DNA from: Hydrolagus affinis
Lineage: Eukaryota
DNA: 64,000 nucleotides
Reading direction: 5' to 3'
Assembly: GCA_012026655.1 (NCBI GenBank)
Contig: JAAILG010000064.1
Span: 1 to 64,000 of the forward strand
Positions 36,039 to 47,200 of the stretch are shown here, piece after piece. Below the pieces are notes generated by a model. The model did not search any database, was not told the DNA's origin, and saw only the letters and a program-made list of their open reading frames with translations. A program made the position numbers and the translations under genes. How positions within the stretch are numbered: position 1 is the stretch's first letter; each line of letters starts with the position of its first letter.

Positions 36039-36329
36039 AGTCCTGTAGCTCAGTGGTTAGAGCACTCGCCTTGCAAGCGAGAGACCTGGATTCAATTCCA
36101 GGCAGCGTGAAACCTTGGGCAAGTTTCCTTACTCCACACGCCTAATAATAATCCTTCAAAAAAAAACAACAATAAATTGGTCATTTCAATCCACGACTGT
36201 TTGTGGCACACTACTGTGCCACGTTTCACCCACATCTATACAGTCGATTCTCTTTATAGTATATTCTGTGAACCGCTTTGAGATGTCTAGAACACATGAA
36301 AAGCGCTAAATCAAATGCAAGTATTATTA
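36039..36329 (+). mobile_element. Full-length SINE, short variant
   Basis: agtcctgtagctcagtggttagagcactcgccttgcaagcgagagacctggattcaattcc..., then body and tail. Confidence 0.93.
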
Positions 36330-36511
36330 AATTGTTTTAGTGTGGTAAGGTGCTATATCAAATGCATGGATCATTGTATTTCTATTACTGTATTTTGTTT
36401 TTCTATTAATCTAAAATGCAAATTGATGCTGGCTAGCATGTCCTTTTTCTCCCTTCCACAAACAATGTTATTTTCTACGGAGTATTACATCGCCTTCTAT
36501 TCCAGATTTAG

Positions 36512-36862
36512 AATAAATCTGCATTTGATATAGTGCCTTATCACGTCTTTTGAGAGTCTCAAAGCGCTTCACAGAATATTCTCTAAAGTGAATTGAGTGT
36601 CAATTTGGGGGGCTGAAAATGTGGCAGCTAATTACACCCAGCCGTGTTCCTCAAACAGTTATGGATTGAGTGACCAAATTATTATTTATTTTTGAAGGAA
36701 TATTTACCCTTGGAAAAGACATCAGCCAATTGACTAACAACCTGGTTCATAGTTTCTGCTAGATAAACAGAGGAGTATGAACTGAGGAAACTTGCCTAAG
36801 GTTTCAAACCCAGGTCCACTTGCTTCCGAAGCAAGTGCTCTAACCATTAAACTATAGGACTC
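36512..36862 (-). mobile_element. Full-length SINE, long variant
   Basis: Reverse tail through head, ending gtgctctaaccattaaactataggactc. Confidence 0.88.
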
Positions 36863-37021
36863 ATCAAATCAATTATATGAATTAACTTCGTAACTCATTG
36901 CTGTTTGTAGGGAACTATAAACATTGCCTTCATTTCTAATGAATTATTTTGTATAAAGACTTTTGACGTGAAATGCAATCTATGAATGTAGGTTATAATT
37001 TTCGCATATTTCTATTTCCAG

Positions 37022-37169
37022 CTCACTAAAATCCTCAATGACTGACGACTTGAAGATAGTGGAAACATCCTCTCAGGGCAAGTTAAACTATCAGAAGAAT
37101 AATCAACATTTAAGCACAGGCTTCAAGCAACATCACTTTGAAAACCATGGAAACAAAAGCGGAGTGAAT
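37022..37169 (+). CDS. rab11fip2: Probable Rab11-FIP2 coding exon 4
   Basis: A phase-2-to-phase-0 exon is needed to join exon 3 to exon 5. Acceptor tatttctatttccag|C gives the open frame SSLKSSMTDDLKIVETSSQGK...NKSGVN, whose start resembles mammalian SFHMSPTSNEDLRKIP. Best phase-0 donor is AAT|GTAAGG; weaker ones follow 37058 and 37163. Confidence 0.6.
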
Positions 37170-37477
37170 GTAAGGAGACGTTGTGTTTATGAGTGCATGG
37201 GAAATATCTATCCAAAACACTCAATAAATCGCGGTTTGTTTTGACTGCAGTGTTTTGCTATTTGATGACCTATTTCAGTACTTTATTTGAGTTGAAATTG
37301 TTTCTTGCTTGACTGCCTTTCACAGCACTTGTAATCTTGGACTGTTTTTGAAAGACTCACTCGATTTCTGCGTTTCTTTACCATTTCTGGATCTTTACAC
37401 AAATATGAAATCTTTTGAAATTTGGGATTGTTTTAAAGAAGAACAAGCAGTTAGGTTAGAGTGAATCTTTGTGTTTA

Positions 37478-37880
37478 TAATAAATAATATAATAATTCTT
37501 GCATTTGATATAACACTGTTCAAGTCCTCTAGATGTTTCAAAGCACTTCACAGAATATACTGTAAAGTGAATTGACTGTACATTTGTGGGCGAAATGCAA
37601 CAGCCAATTGCGCACAGCAGTGTCCCTGTCGTGGACTGAAATGACCAATTAAAAAATAAAATTAAATTTGGAGGGAGTATTATTAGGCCTGTGGAGTAAG
37701 GAAACTTGGCTCATCTTGCCATGAAGTTCACTGTTTCTGCCATGCTTTTCATGGCAAGATATTGACTGAATGCCCCCATCTGTGGTTCGTATTTTGTGAA
37801 GCACTTTGAGACATCTAGAAGATGTGGAAACTGTGTGTGTATATATATATATATATATGTGTGTGTGTATATATACAATT
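37478..37880. mobile_element. SINE (-, 37478-37715) and SINE tail (+) ending in a (GT)/(AT) microsatellite
   Basis: Family consensus motifs; gtgtgtgtatatatatatatatatgtgtgtgtgtatatata at about 37833-37875. Confidence 0.8.
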
Positions 37881-40800
37881 GGACAAATGCTATACTCTTC
37901 AATGGATGCTAAACTGCTCTTAGAATAATGAAGACTACACCTAGAACAGATCAACTATATCAAATTTAAGAACTATTATTGTTTAATAGTGTAACACTCA
38001 GCCGCTCGATAGCACTTCCAATTAAATATAAAGTTATAAGCAGTAGTCCAATACTATGCTGATTTTTTTCTGTAGATGCCAAAACATTTATTACTCAAAT
38101 AACCAGAGTAGCTGCATCAGAAGGAAAAATAATGTTAAGATTGATATCTTTATACTCCCAATTGAAGTTCATAGTAAGATTAAATTAATGTATGGCAGGC
38201 ACTGCTAATTTCATGGTTATGCAACCAAAAATTTAAAATGTAGACTGCACCAAATTTGCTCCCAAAGTTATATAATGGTAAGTTTAGAATGAAATGTTCC
38301 ATTTCCTTTTTGTTTGTGCATTATGTCCATTGCTTATATAATTAGTGTAAAGGATACTTCACAAGTGATATATATGTAAGTAAGAATGTGCTTTAAGTTC
38401 TGTTCCATAACTTTTAGCCTGTGGGAAATGAGCCCATATCTGGCAAACCGGGAGTTTTCACATTCCTTGATGTGTACGTTTTGCATTACATTAAATGTTT
38501 CAGCCCCACAAATTTACTCTTTTTTTGAAAAGCCTGGATTAGTCCACAGCTGATCAAAGGATAATTTGGGAATTGATGTGGAATTCAAATGCACCATTCC
38601 TATTTTCTTTTACTTCATATGGATGTCCTGATCCAACCATAAAGCACGTTGCCAGTCTAGTTATGCGTTAATCTAAATTCAGTTTGATGAGCAATTTCAT
38701 CAAAGTACAGTAATGTGTTCACATCACACATGGTCAGTACATTTTGCTACACCATTATTTTTTATAAGCTTCTTGCCTATGAAATTCATTGAAAAGGTAT
38801 CCTAATTTTTTAAGAGTATGCAGATGCTGGAGGGACCAATTTTAATATCTAAGCTTTTTTTAAAAAAAACATACTGTGTAGTATGCAGGTACAGTAGTAA
38901 GGTAATCTGCTACTTGTCATTTGTGGTTTTATTGAAACTTTCTCCCACTTAACATGTCAGGTAAGGAAACGCTCCTATTTCGCCATGTGTGTGCAATCCA
39001 CACATTTCATTTGGTATTGTATTCCCTTCAATGAAGTTGACGGACAAAATTGTACTATACAAATGCAAACATTTGCCCTTTCTGTTTGTACTCCACTAAT
39101 AGTCTTTTGCCTGGTGCTCTTAATCTTAGTTCTGAATGCAGTGGGACCCTGTATTTAAGGCGCTTCATGTTAATGTGGATAAGTTTATAGCATGGTTGCG
39201 ATATGGAACCCGACATTTGACCGAAAATCCATATGCTGGCTTCATTTGAGCTTCAAAAACAAGCAGCTGTGACCCTTTTATATAACATTGATTGTGATTT
39301 TATGAACCCTAGCTACTGTTATAATGAGCCTGACTTGACTGCATCATAAAAGACCTGAAGTTCCTGTGATCTGAACCTTGGTGGAGATGGTTTTCTCTCC
39401 TTTCCACAAATCATTAACATCTCAAAGAAACTCGATGGTTTAAAAAAAACTAAATTAAAATCTAAATTAGAACTAAATTCTAAATAAATGTTAACAAATT
39501 TAAGATCGAAACCAAGCCTGCCAATTTCGCAGCTGCTTTGAAAGCCTTGCAAGGCTTCATCAGTATGACAACATTTAGTTTGTCCTGGGGATTTCATTTG
39601 AATTAGATACACGTTGGGTAATGCCTCTAGTGCAAGTTAAAAACAAACACAGCCCATTATCTGCAATGATTATGCGAGGCTCTGAATGCTGGAGCCCAGA
39701 ATTTGTTGCAACTTATTTGAATTCTATTGAGGAACAATGGCTTCTGAGTTACATTTCAGGCTGGTTCCAAACTGTGTTAAATGCTTTCTTTGGTTGTTTG
39801 AGGATTTTGAGTTTAGTGTCCTTTTGATATTCACTATTAATGAAGGTGTTATTTTGGAGGCAAGGAGATACCACAACACTGTCAGTGGGCGGACGTTTGC
39901 CAATTTGGCTTCACATCATTTTGCGCTTTCATTAAAAATCTGTGGCGATTCAATAGGTGCATAATTTATGGGTTCCCTGTACAAAAGTTTCAAGATAAAT
40001 TGTCTTCTGTTCTCCATCATTAGGTACTGAAGAGGGTTTATGCTGGGTGTGTGCATAATAATCAGGCCTGCTTAGATCTCTGTTCTAGTGCCAGTACCTG
40101 TCTCCAATGGATGCCACTTTAAACAGGAGCCGCAGCCTACTTTAAGGGGCAGCATGAACTTCTTAACACCTAATTAAGTGCTGTAAGGTGGATGAGAGGG
40201 GGGAAAGAACAGTAGATGTGAAAGTAACTGGAGTGATATTCCCAGAGCAAGTTTCCTCATTAGCAGAATGACCGATTTGCCATCTTATCTCGCCCTCCGG
40301 ACTGCTGTGGATACCAAGCCTGCACTTCACTGACGCATTCGGGTTGCAAAAGCCATTTTTAATCTTAAGGGTCCATTACCTCACCGTAAATATTGTGCTA
40401 AACTTTCCAGACGAATCTGCGCGCTAATCAGCAAGTCTAATTGTAATCCGAAGCCAAGTTTTTCGGAATTCGCAAAGTGCCATTCCGTGCCCTGGATACA
40501 AAGTGAAAGAGCTTTTAATCGGCATTTTGTATCTGTTTTTAATTGGTTTGATTCAAACACTAAGCACCTGCAGGATCTAATGATCATCGAGGGCAGGATG
40601 GAACACTTCATCGCATTCTGGCAGGAAGACGTTTGAGATATCATTGTTATTTGCAGCTCCATCTGACCCAGCTGCCTGGGTTCCGCAGGGAAGTTTTGTT
40701 TCCTACTGAGAGTCGGCTGTGGATGTGGCAACTGTTTTGCAGTGCACTGTACATTACAGTATCTGATTAGAAAGTTCCTGGGCGATTTAATGTCTGGGTG

Positions 40801-40904
40801 ATGCTCTCCGGATGAGTCTTAAAGTAGTAAGTGATAACAGCACAGATTGATTTTTAAAAAAAATGCAATCGTCAAAATTAAACCAGACATTTTTATGCGA
40901 GAAT

Positions 40905-40960
40905 CATAGAAATAATCAACACAGAAGGAGGCCATTCGACCTATCGTGTCTGGGCTGGCG
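40905..40960 (-). mobile_element. CR1 3' terminal fragment
   Basis: catagaaa...acacagaaggaggccattcgacctatcgtgtctgggctggc. Confidence 0.65.
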
Positions 40961-41209
40961 AGTGTCTACAAGTGTACAATTGTACCATAATTTGAAATTG
41001 TCGGGTTTATTCGACCAAAATTTTACAATAAAGTTAAAAGTCAGGCAGAACTTTTGCACAACAAATGGCGAGGAACTTATGAAAACCAGTTTACAGGGAA
41101 AATCATTGAAACAAACTAGTATAAATTGCTTCAAGAATAAATAGCTGTAATTCTATAGAAGAGAAAGGGATCTGATGGAAAAAGCAGATGTGTAGAATTA
41201 ATCATAATA

Positions 41210-41355
41210 CATTAATAATCCCTGCATTTGATATAGAGCCGTATCGCGTGTTTGAGATGTCTCAAAGAATATATTCACAGAATATATGTAAAGTGCAGTG
41301 ACAATTTTGCGGGTGAAACGTGGCAGCCAATTGCACACAGCATTGGCCCACAAAT
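41210..41355 (-). mobile_element. SINE 3' half
   Basis: Reverse-complement tail and body. Confidence 0.75.
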
Positions 41356-42094
41356 AATCTTTTTTTTAAGGGATTGCCACTAAAACTTATCAGTAAGGAG
41401 CTCACCTGTTGCATCATTCTCCTGTTCCTGATTCCTAAGTTATTTAGTGTTGAGAATGCAAAACCTGGTTTCTTAAAACTTCAGATGATCAGTAACCGTT
41501 TAAAGACACTCCCGGAATGTAACTGATCGAAAACAGTGACTTTTCATCAAAGATGATGGAAATGAATACATTTTCTCAGTACATGAATGTGGAGATTAAA
41601 TGTTATTCAACTCAGCCAGATCAATCTGATGGCCAGTAAGTAGTCCATAGCGCAAAATCTCCTCATAATGTGGCACAAATTGAGAACCTCACTTAACAGC
41701 TTTGCAACAGTTGATTTTTTTTTGCCCTCCCGACATTTGACTTCATAAACTTAACAATTCTAAATCCCACTCACCCCTGCAAAAAAAAAACCACCCTAAC
41801 CATGACCTAAAAGCATGAAGTCTGAAGATTCTTAAACCCATTACCTTTTACAGAACAATAGCTGCTGTACTAGTTCGCTTGATGGAGAGGACAAAGCCAT
41901 TGTAGTTTATTCTGGATATTGCTCACAAAATTATCCGTGTGTGGAGAAGCAGATCTTTCTGCCAAGTAAACAGGAACAATATTTTGTAAAACAAAAATGT
42001 GGCCATTTTCACTTGACGTGCAGCAATTCAGGTGTACACTAAATGGGGAAAGACCTGTGTCAATCATTCCCCCATTAGTTTGGATTGTTCTCCT

Positions 42095-42480
42095 TAGAGC
42101 AGAGTGGATTCAGGGGACATTTAATCGAGGTGCTAAACATTACAAGGGTTTTGATGGTGTAGGTGGAGATGGACTGTTTCCTCTGGCAGTTGGATGGGTA
42201 ACCAGGGGGACATTGTTTCAACATAATTGGCAAAAGAACCAGGGGCGAGATGAAGACCTATTCTTTTTTAAACTGCAAGTTGTTGTGGTCTGGAATGGAC
42301 TGCCTGAACGGGTGGTGGAGACAGAGTCAATGACAACTTTCAAAGGAGAATTAGATAGGTACTTGAAAAGAAAACATTTGCAGAGCTATGGGGGGAAAGC
42401 AGGGGCGGTGGACTAGCTCTTCCACAGAGCAGGCACAGGCACAATGAGCCGTATGGCCTCCTACTGTAATGTATGATTAT
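42095..42480 (+). mobile_element. CR1 LINE 3' end
   Basis: ...LFPLAVGWVTRG...VVVVWNGLPERVVETESMTTFKGELDRYLKRKHLQSYG, with CR1 3' UTR acaatgagccgtatggcctcctactgta; frameshifted. Confidence 0.9.
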
Positions 42481-42769
42481 GTCAAAAAATTAATGTTGTA
42501 AACACTGCACAACTTAGCTTGAGTCCCCCCACCAAAACAAAAGTACCGTGTTAAGGATATCAGTATCTGAAATCCTGCTTGAATTTCCATCCTCGTTCTA
42601 GGGGAGCTTCATTCCATGAATAATGGGGTTACTGTGGGAAGGTGGGAAAGGCCTATTATCTGTGTGACTTTGTACCTTACAGACAGATCCAGTTTAGAAA
42701 TAATGCAAATTACGTTTTTGTTCTCAAATCTGATTTTTCTATCTTCCTCTCCTCAACTCGGCCACTGCT

Positions 42770-42980
42770 GAGGTCTGAGGTCCACCTCCCTTATCTCCTT
42801 CAAAGACCCGTCTCAAGACTCTCCTCTTCGAGTGTGCCTTCTGTCACCTCCCTGCCCTCTCCCATCCCTCTACCCCTCCTGATCCCAAACACCAGCTCAG
42901 TTGTGGATCCCTGCATGTCCAGTGCCTTGGGACGAACTCCTGTCGTGAAAGATGCTATACAAATATAATTTGTTGTTGTC
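42770..42980 (+). mobile_element. L2 LINE 3' end
   Basis: ctccttcaaagacccgtctcaagactctcctcttcg...gtccagtgccttgggacg...gtgaaagatgctatacaaatataatttgttgttg. Confidence 0.8.
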
Positions 42981-43654
42981 CTTTTACAAAGAACCTGCAC
43001 CTTCAGTGTAGTTTAGTATAACAACAACAACAAAATTACGTTTGTTTCGCGCCTTTCACTTCGGGAGGATAACAATCAGCAATAGGAAAGGAATCTTGGC
43101 TAATGTTTTTTCTTCCCTTAACCTCAATCGCTTAGTCCAATTCCAGCAACACTAGTCCACCTCGGCTAACCTTGGCCAAGTATCAAACCTTCTGCTATCA
43201 CGGGGTGTACTTGCTAAGTCATTTGAGGTGTTGCTGATAACACTGAGCTTTATTGTATTATTTGAAGAGCAAGTGTTTTTTTAAAAGACTATCTTTCAGA
43301 AAGGAGCTCTGTTTGAATGCGTCAGGATTAGATATTTCACAAAATCATGTTTACTGATTATAGCTATTAAAATCCTTTGTCTGCTTGTGACATGGTTTCT
43401 GGTTGCAGCGTCTGAGGTTGTCTGTTAACAAGTAATCCATGTGATATTAGCTTCACTGAGTATGCATCTAGTGGCTCCAAACAAACTGCCAGAACTAGTG
43501 TTTGCAAATGACCTTTTGACGGCAAAGTAATCTATTGGAAACACCAAGTCCCTTTCACGACTGTCATGTCTCATTGAATGTTTGCATTCAGCGGAAAGCC
43601 ACCACAAAGGATCCTGCCACCCACCCAATGGTTAGGGACCATTAACGATAGATA

Positions 43655-43800
43655 ATTTGTGCATTTGATGTGTTGCTAACGACATCAAAATGTCTTCAGG
43701 CCCGCCCCCCCCCCCCCCCACCCCGGAGTATTGATGAAGTGTGCATGTACTGACTGTATTTGTAGGGAAAAAACGGCAGCCATTTTGTGCACCGCTGTGA
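43655..43800 (-). mobile_element. Diverged SINE 3' half with a poly-C run
   Basis: tgcatttgat...tgactgtatttgtaggg...cggcagccattttgtgcac. Confidence 0.55.
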
Positions 43801-43982
43801 AGTGTGAATTTATCTGGAAAAATTCTTTAACTTAGCAAGCCTCAGTTTTTCACATCGTCTGATGCAACCAATGCAGACAGACGCAGTAGGAAAGGGCTAA
43901 CAGAGTAACAGCGTCCTGAGCAATAACATCCTGATTTGATTGAGTAGCGTCAATAATGACATCAATTAATTTCTAATTTCAG

Positions 43983-44207
43983 AATCCCAACCTGTTTGCC
44001 ACCTGGTACAGGAATCTGTCGCACAATGAGCTGATCTGTGAACTTGTGAAGCACAAGGAACTTATCAAGAGAAAGGATGGCCAAATCCGGGAGCTTGAGG
44101 ACTACATCGATAACCTCCTCGTACGAGTCATGGAAGAAACGCCCAGCATTCTCAGAGTACCATACGAACCCTCTCGAAGAGCTGGGAAACTTTCAAAGCA
44201 AAATTGA
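43983..44207 (+). CDS. rab11fip2: Rab11-FIP2 terminal coding exon (FIP Rab11-binding domain)
   Basis: Acceptor ttctaatttcag|AAT, phase 0. Translates NPNLFATWYRNLSHNELICELVKHKELIKRKDGQIRELEDYIDNLLVRVMEETPSILRVPYEPSRRAGKLSKQN, stop TGA 44205-44207, containing the canonical RBD motif LEDYIDNLLVRVME. Absent from the supplied ORF track. Confidence 0.97.
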   Translation, partial: NPNLFATWYRNLSHNELICELVKHKELIKRKDGQIRELEDYIDNLLVRVMEETPSILRVPYEPSRRAGKLSKQN

Positions 44208-47200
44208 CCTGGTTAATATTTTATACCTACCCAAACTTATTTGAGGTGTGTAACAGAATGTGAACCTAACTCGATGCGAAAGCTCGTGCAGTGAATCGGT
44301 GATCAACTCTTGACGGAGCGGAGGGCTGCCTCCTTGCGTTACACACTACCGTGCATTTGTCGCCATGCCGAGTGCAACTCGTATCTTTGTCGTGTTCTCT
44401 CATTCGCGTTTGCTTTAAAACAAACATTCAAATTTTTGTTATTCTACTTCACTTAATTCTTCACTGATTTGTTTTTTTTTTCAAAATTGGCTAATGTTCG
44501 TCTTGCGGATAGATCAAAAGGCATTGCGTGATAGCTTCACTGACAGATATATAACACCCTCTTGCATTCCCTCATCTGTTCACCTTGCACATGCGAAGCC
44601 TCAAGGCAACGCTTGGTTTATCTTCTGTGATACTTTGCAGACTGTGGAATATTGTGATGAAGAGATATGGCTTCAATGTATTAACACGCCAAACCTTTAA
44701 ATCACTCCAAAGCTCTTGGGCACACTTCAGGTGATGTGTGGCTTGTTTTGGGAGGATGTGCACACTAAAATTAGTCATTGTTGATATCGCGGGGAACTGT
44801 TATTCATCAGTATTTTACTTGAATGTATAAGTATGCAGGCAAAATATGTCGGTATACAGATTCATGCCAAAAACCAATCACTTTATTATTGCCTTTGGCT
44901 TGATTATCTATTATACTTTAGTCTTCCGGCGATTCCATGCTCTTTTTATTTGGAGCTCGTTTTAAACCTGTACTTCCATTAAATGTTTAGTACACTTGAA
45001 CACTGTAATATTAATAGAAGAATACAGTTCTTCCAATCTCCTTTTGAATTGGAATACGCCACGTGCTCAGGGAGAACTGTGTAGAGCCAAACTGTCAGAA
45101 TGGAAAGCAATTTTACTCAAGTTGAACATGAAGTGCTGCATCTTTATACAACGGTGTCTGAGCTCACAGACCAGTGTGCCCTTCACGTCTTAAACCAAGA
45201 ACACCAAACAAATTTTCTTTGCCACTTAAATGACAGTATGGCTTAGTGCTCATGAATCCTACTTTTGTTTTCGGAGAGTGGGAAGAAAGCTACTTTTGTT
45301 TTGTTATAGGCTTTTGTGTATCAGGCATGAAAATGGATGTGTTTTTATGCCAAAATAGAAGCATTTCTGCCTATTTAAGTCGAACTCCAAATATAATGTA
45401 TAACCGTGGGGTGGCCTGAAAGTAAGGCTTGGTGTAATGATAGTATTATTCAACGGGTCTATTCAAATATTCTTTTATATTCTCCATTGACGTACTTGAG
45501 TTGAAAATGATTGCACAGAAGAATAACTAAAGATGCGTTTTATAATCTGCACAAGGAATCATACAACAATAGCAGGTGAAATGCCCAGATATATAATAGC
45601 CACTGTTACACCACCTGTGAGCATTCTAAAATGAAGCAAGTATGAGACATTAGAGGGCAATAGGTACTTATTTCTTATGTGTCAAAATCATTCATTGAAG
45701 ACTTTCCTTGGACATATTTTTTTGGAGGTATGGTAGTACCGAAGGACATTTTTTAAATGCTGCTTTTGTCATTCAAATTCTACTTTTATCCGGTTGCAAT
45801 AAAACAACGCCAGCCTCAACAGAGAAAAGCTTTTTCTTTTTGCAGTATGTACTCAGAAGTTTTGGAAATAATGCTCCATTTTTTTTAAACTCAGTGTCTT
45901 AACTTTCTTGTTTTCACTTTGCTGGAATTCTCTGGATCACTATTGAGATGGATATGAAGTTTGCATCGCAGGTTTAAGGCTATAGTATATGTTTTTTTAT
46001 AAATATAGCTGCTTTTTTCTACAACTTAAAGGTATCGGCAGTGCAGATGCACCATTATATTAATATATAAGACATTGGTTATGTCCTGAAGTTTTTTTAA
46101 ACAGATGAAGCTCTTGACTTGAAGTTAAAAGAGCTGAGGTTAAAAAAAATTAGCACAGGAATGAGTTGTGAAAACGGTACAGAAAGTCACCTTGCCTCGG
46201 ATTATCGAATGCACTTTCATTTAATTGATGCTTTAGTTCAGTTCCCATCACTCTTGGCTTTCAGGCGGATGGTGCGTAAAGGGTTAACAGGCGGTTCTGC
46301 GGGGAGAATTGAACTGCAGGTGTTAAGGGGTGTAACCGTGCAATAAAGTTATTTTTCATTCTGCAGGGAAAACTAATGCATAGCTTAATGAATGACTGGT
46401 GGGAGTATTGTACTCCTGTAACACAATTGAACAAGCCCCTGTGATAGCTTCGTATAAAGTGCTCACAGTTTAGGATATCACCCAGAATCTATTGCAGGTT
46501 CCCATACTCCCAAACTGTTGCATAATCTCCTATTGTGCTGCTTTCGCCTTACTTGATTTGTTTATATTTTTTATTTACCATTTGATTTCCAGGCTTCTGT
46601 TTTACATCTTCTGACTCTGATTAATTTTACCTGGGGGGGCAGTCTTCTTTACCGCAGCCGTTCCTGAATTTCTCCATTCGCTTAACTTTTCAGCCGAAGC
46701 AGAATGATGGAAATATTGTGCCATAGATCAAACCTCTTGAGTTGTTTTATGTGATGCGAGAAGGAGAGGTGTTTCTGGGACATTCTGTACATTGTATGTA
46801 TTCACCATAATTATTTCTCATCTCAGCACAATGTCCTTCCTCAGGGCATCCGAAAACCGCGATCACATTCTTCAGTAGACAGTATTTTGGTTCTAAACGA
46901 CATAGAACATGCTTAGACGACAATTTTCGCTTGTGACATAAGCCACAGTTCCACTGGAACAATAGAAAGGATAGTTTTTCACCTGCAGAGATACTGCCAT
47001 CACCAGCCAGTCCAAGTGTTACTGATAGATTAAGAGTCCTCCATTCATGTATGAATTCTGCCTAACTGTTTTCTCCTCTTGTGCGTAATATACTGAGGTG
47101 TCAGTAGTACTGTAGTGTAGACCTAATGAGTAGTGTAGAATATGACGCCTCAACCGACAGTATAAATTTATTGATTTAAATTACAAGCATATTGAAGAGG

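Noticed and set aside
36039-36110. tRNA-like sequences (also at 3675, 27666, 32120, 52588, 56417)
   Set aside because: They are SINE heads: no proper acceptor stem, variable anticodon, and always followed by the SINE body.
37070-37085. GC-type donor (GG|GCAAGT) for exon 4
   Set aside because: It is phase 1 and would frameshift the phase-0 terminal exon.
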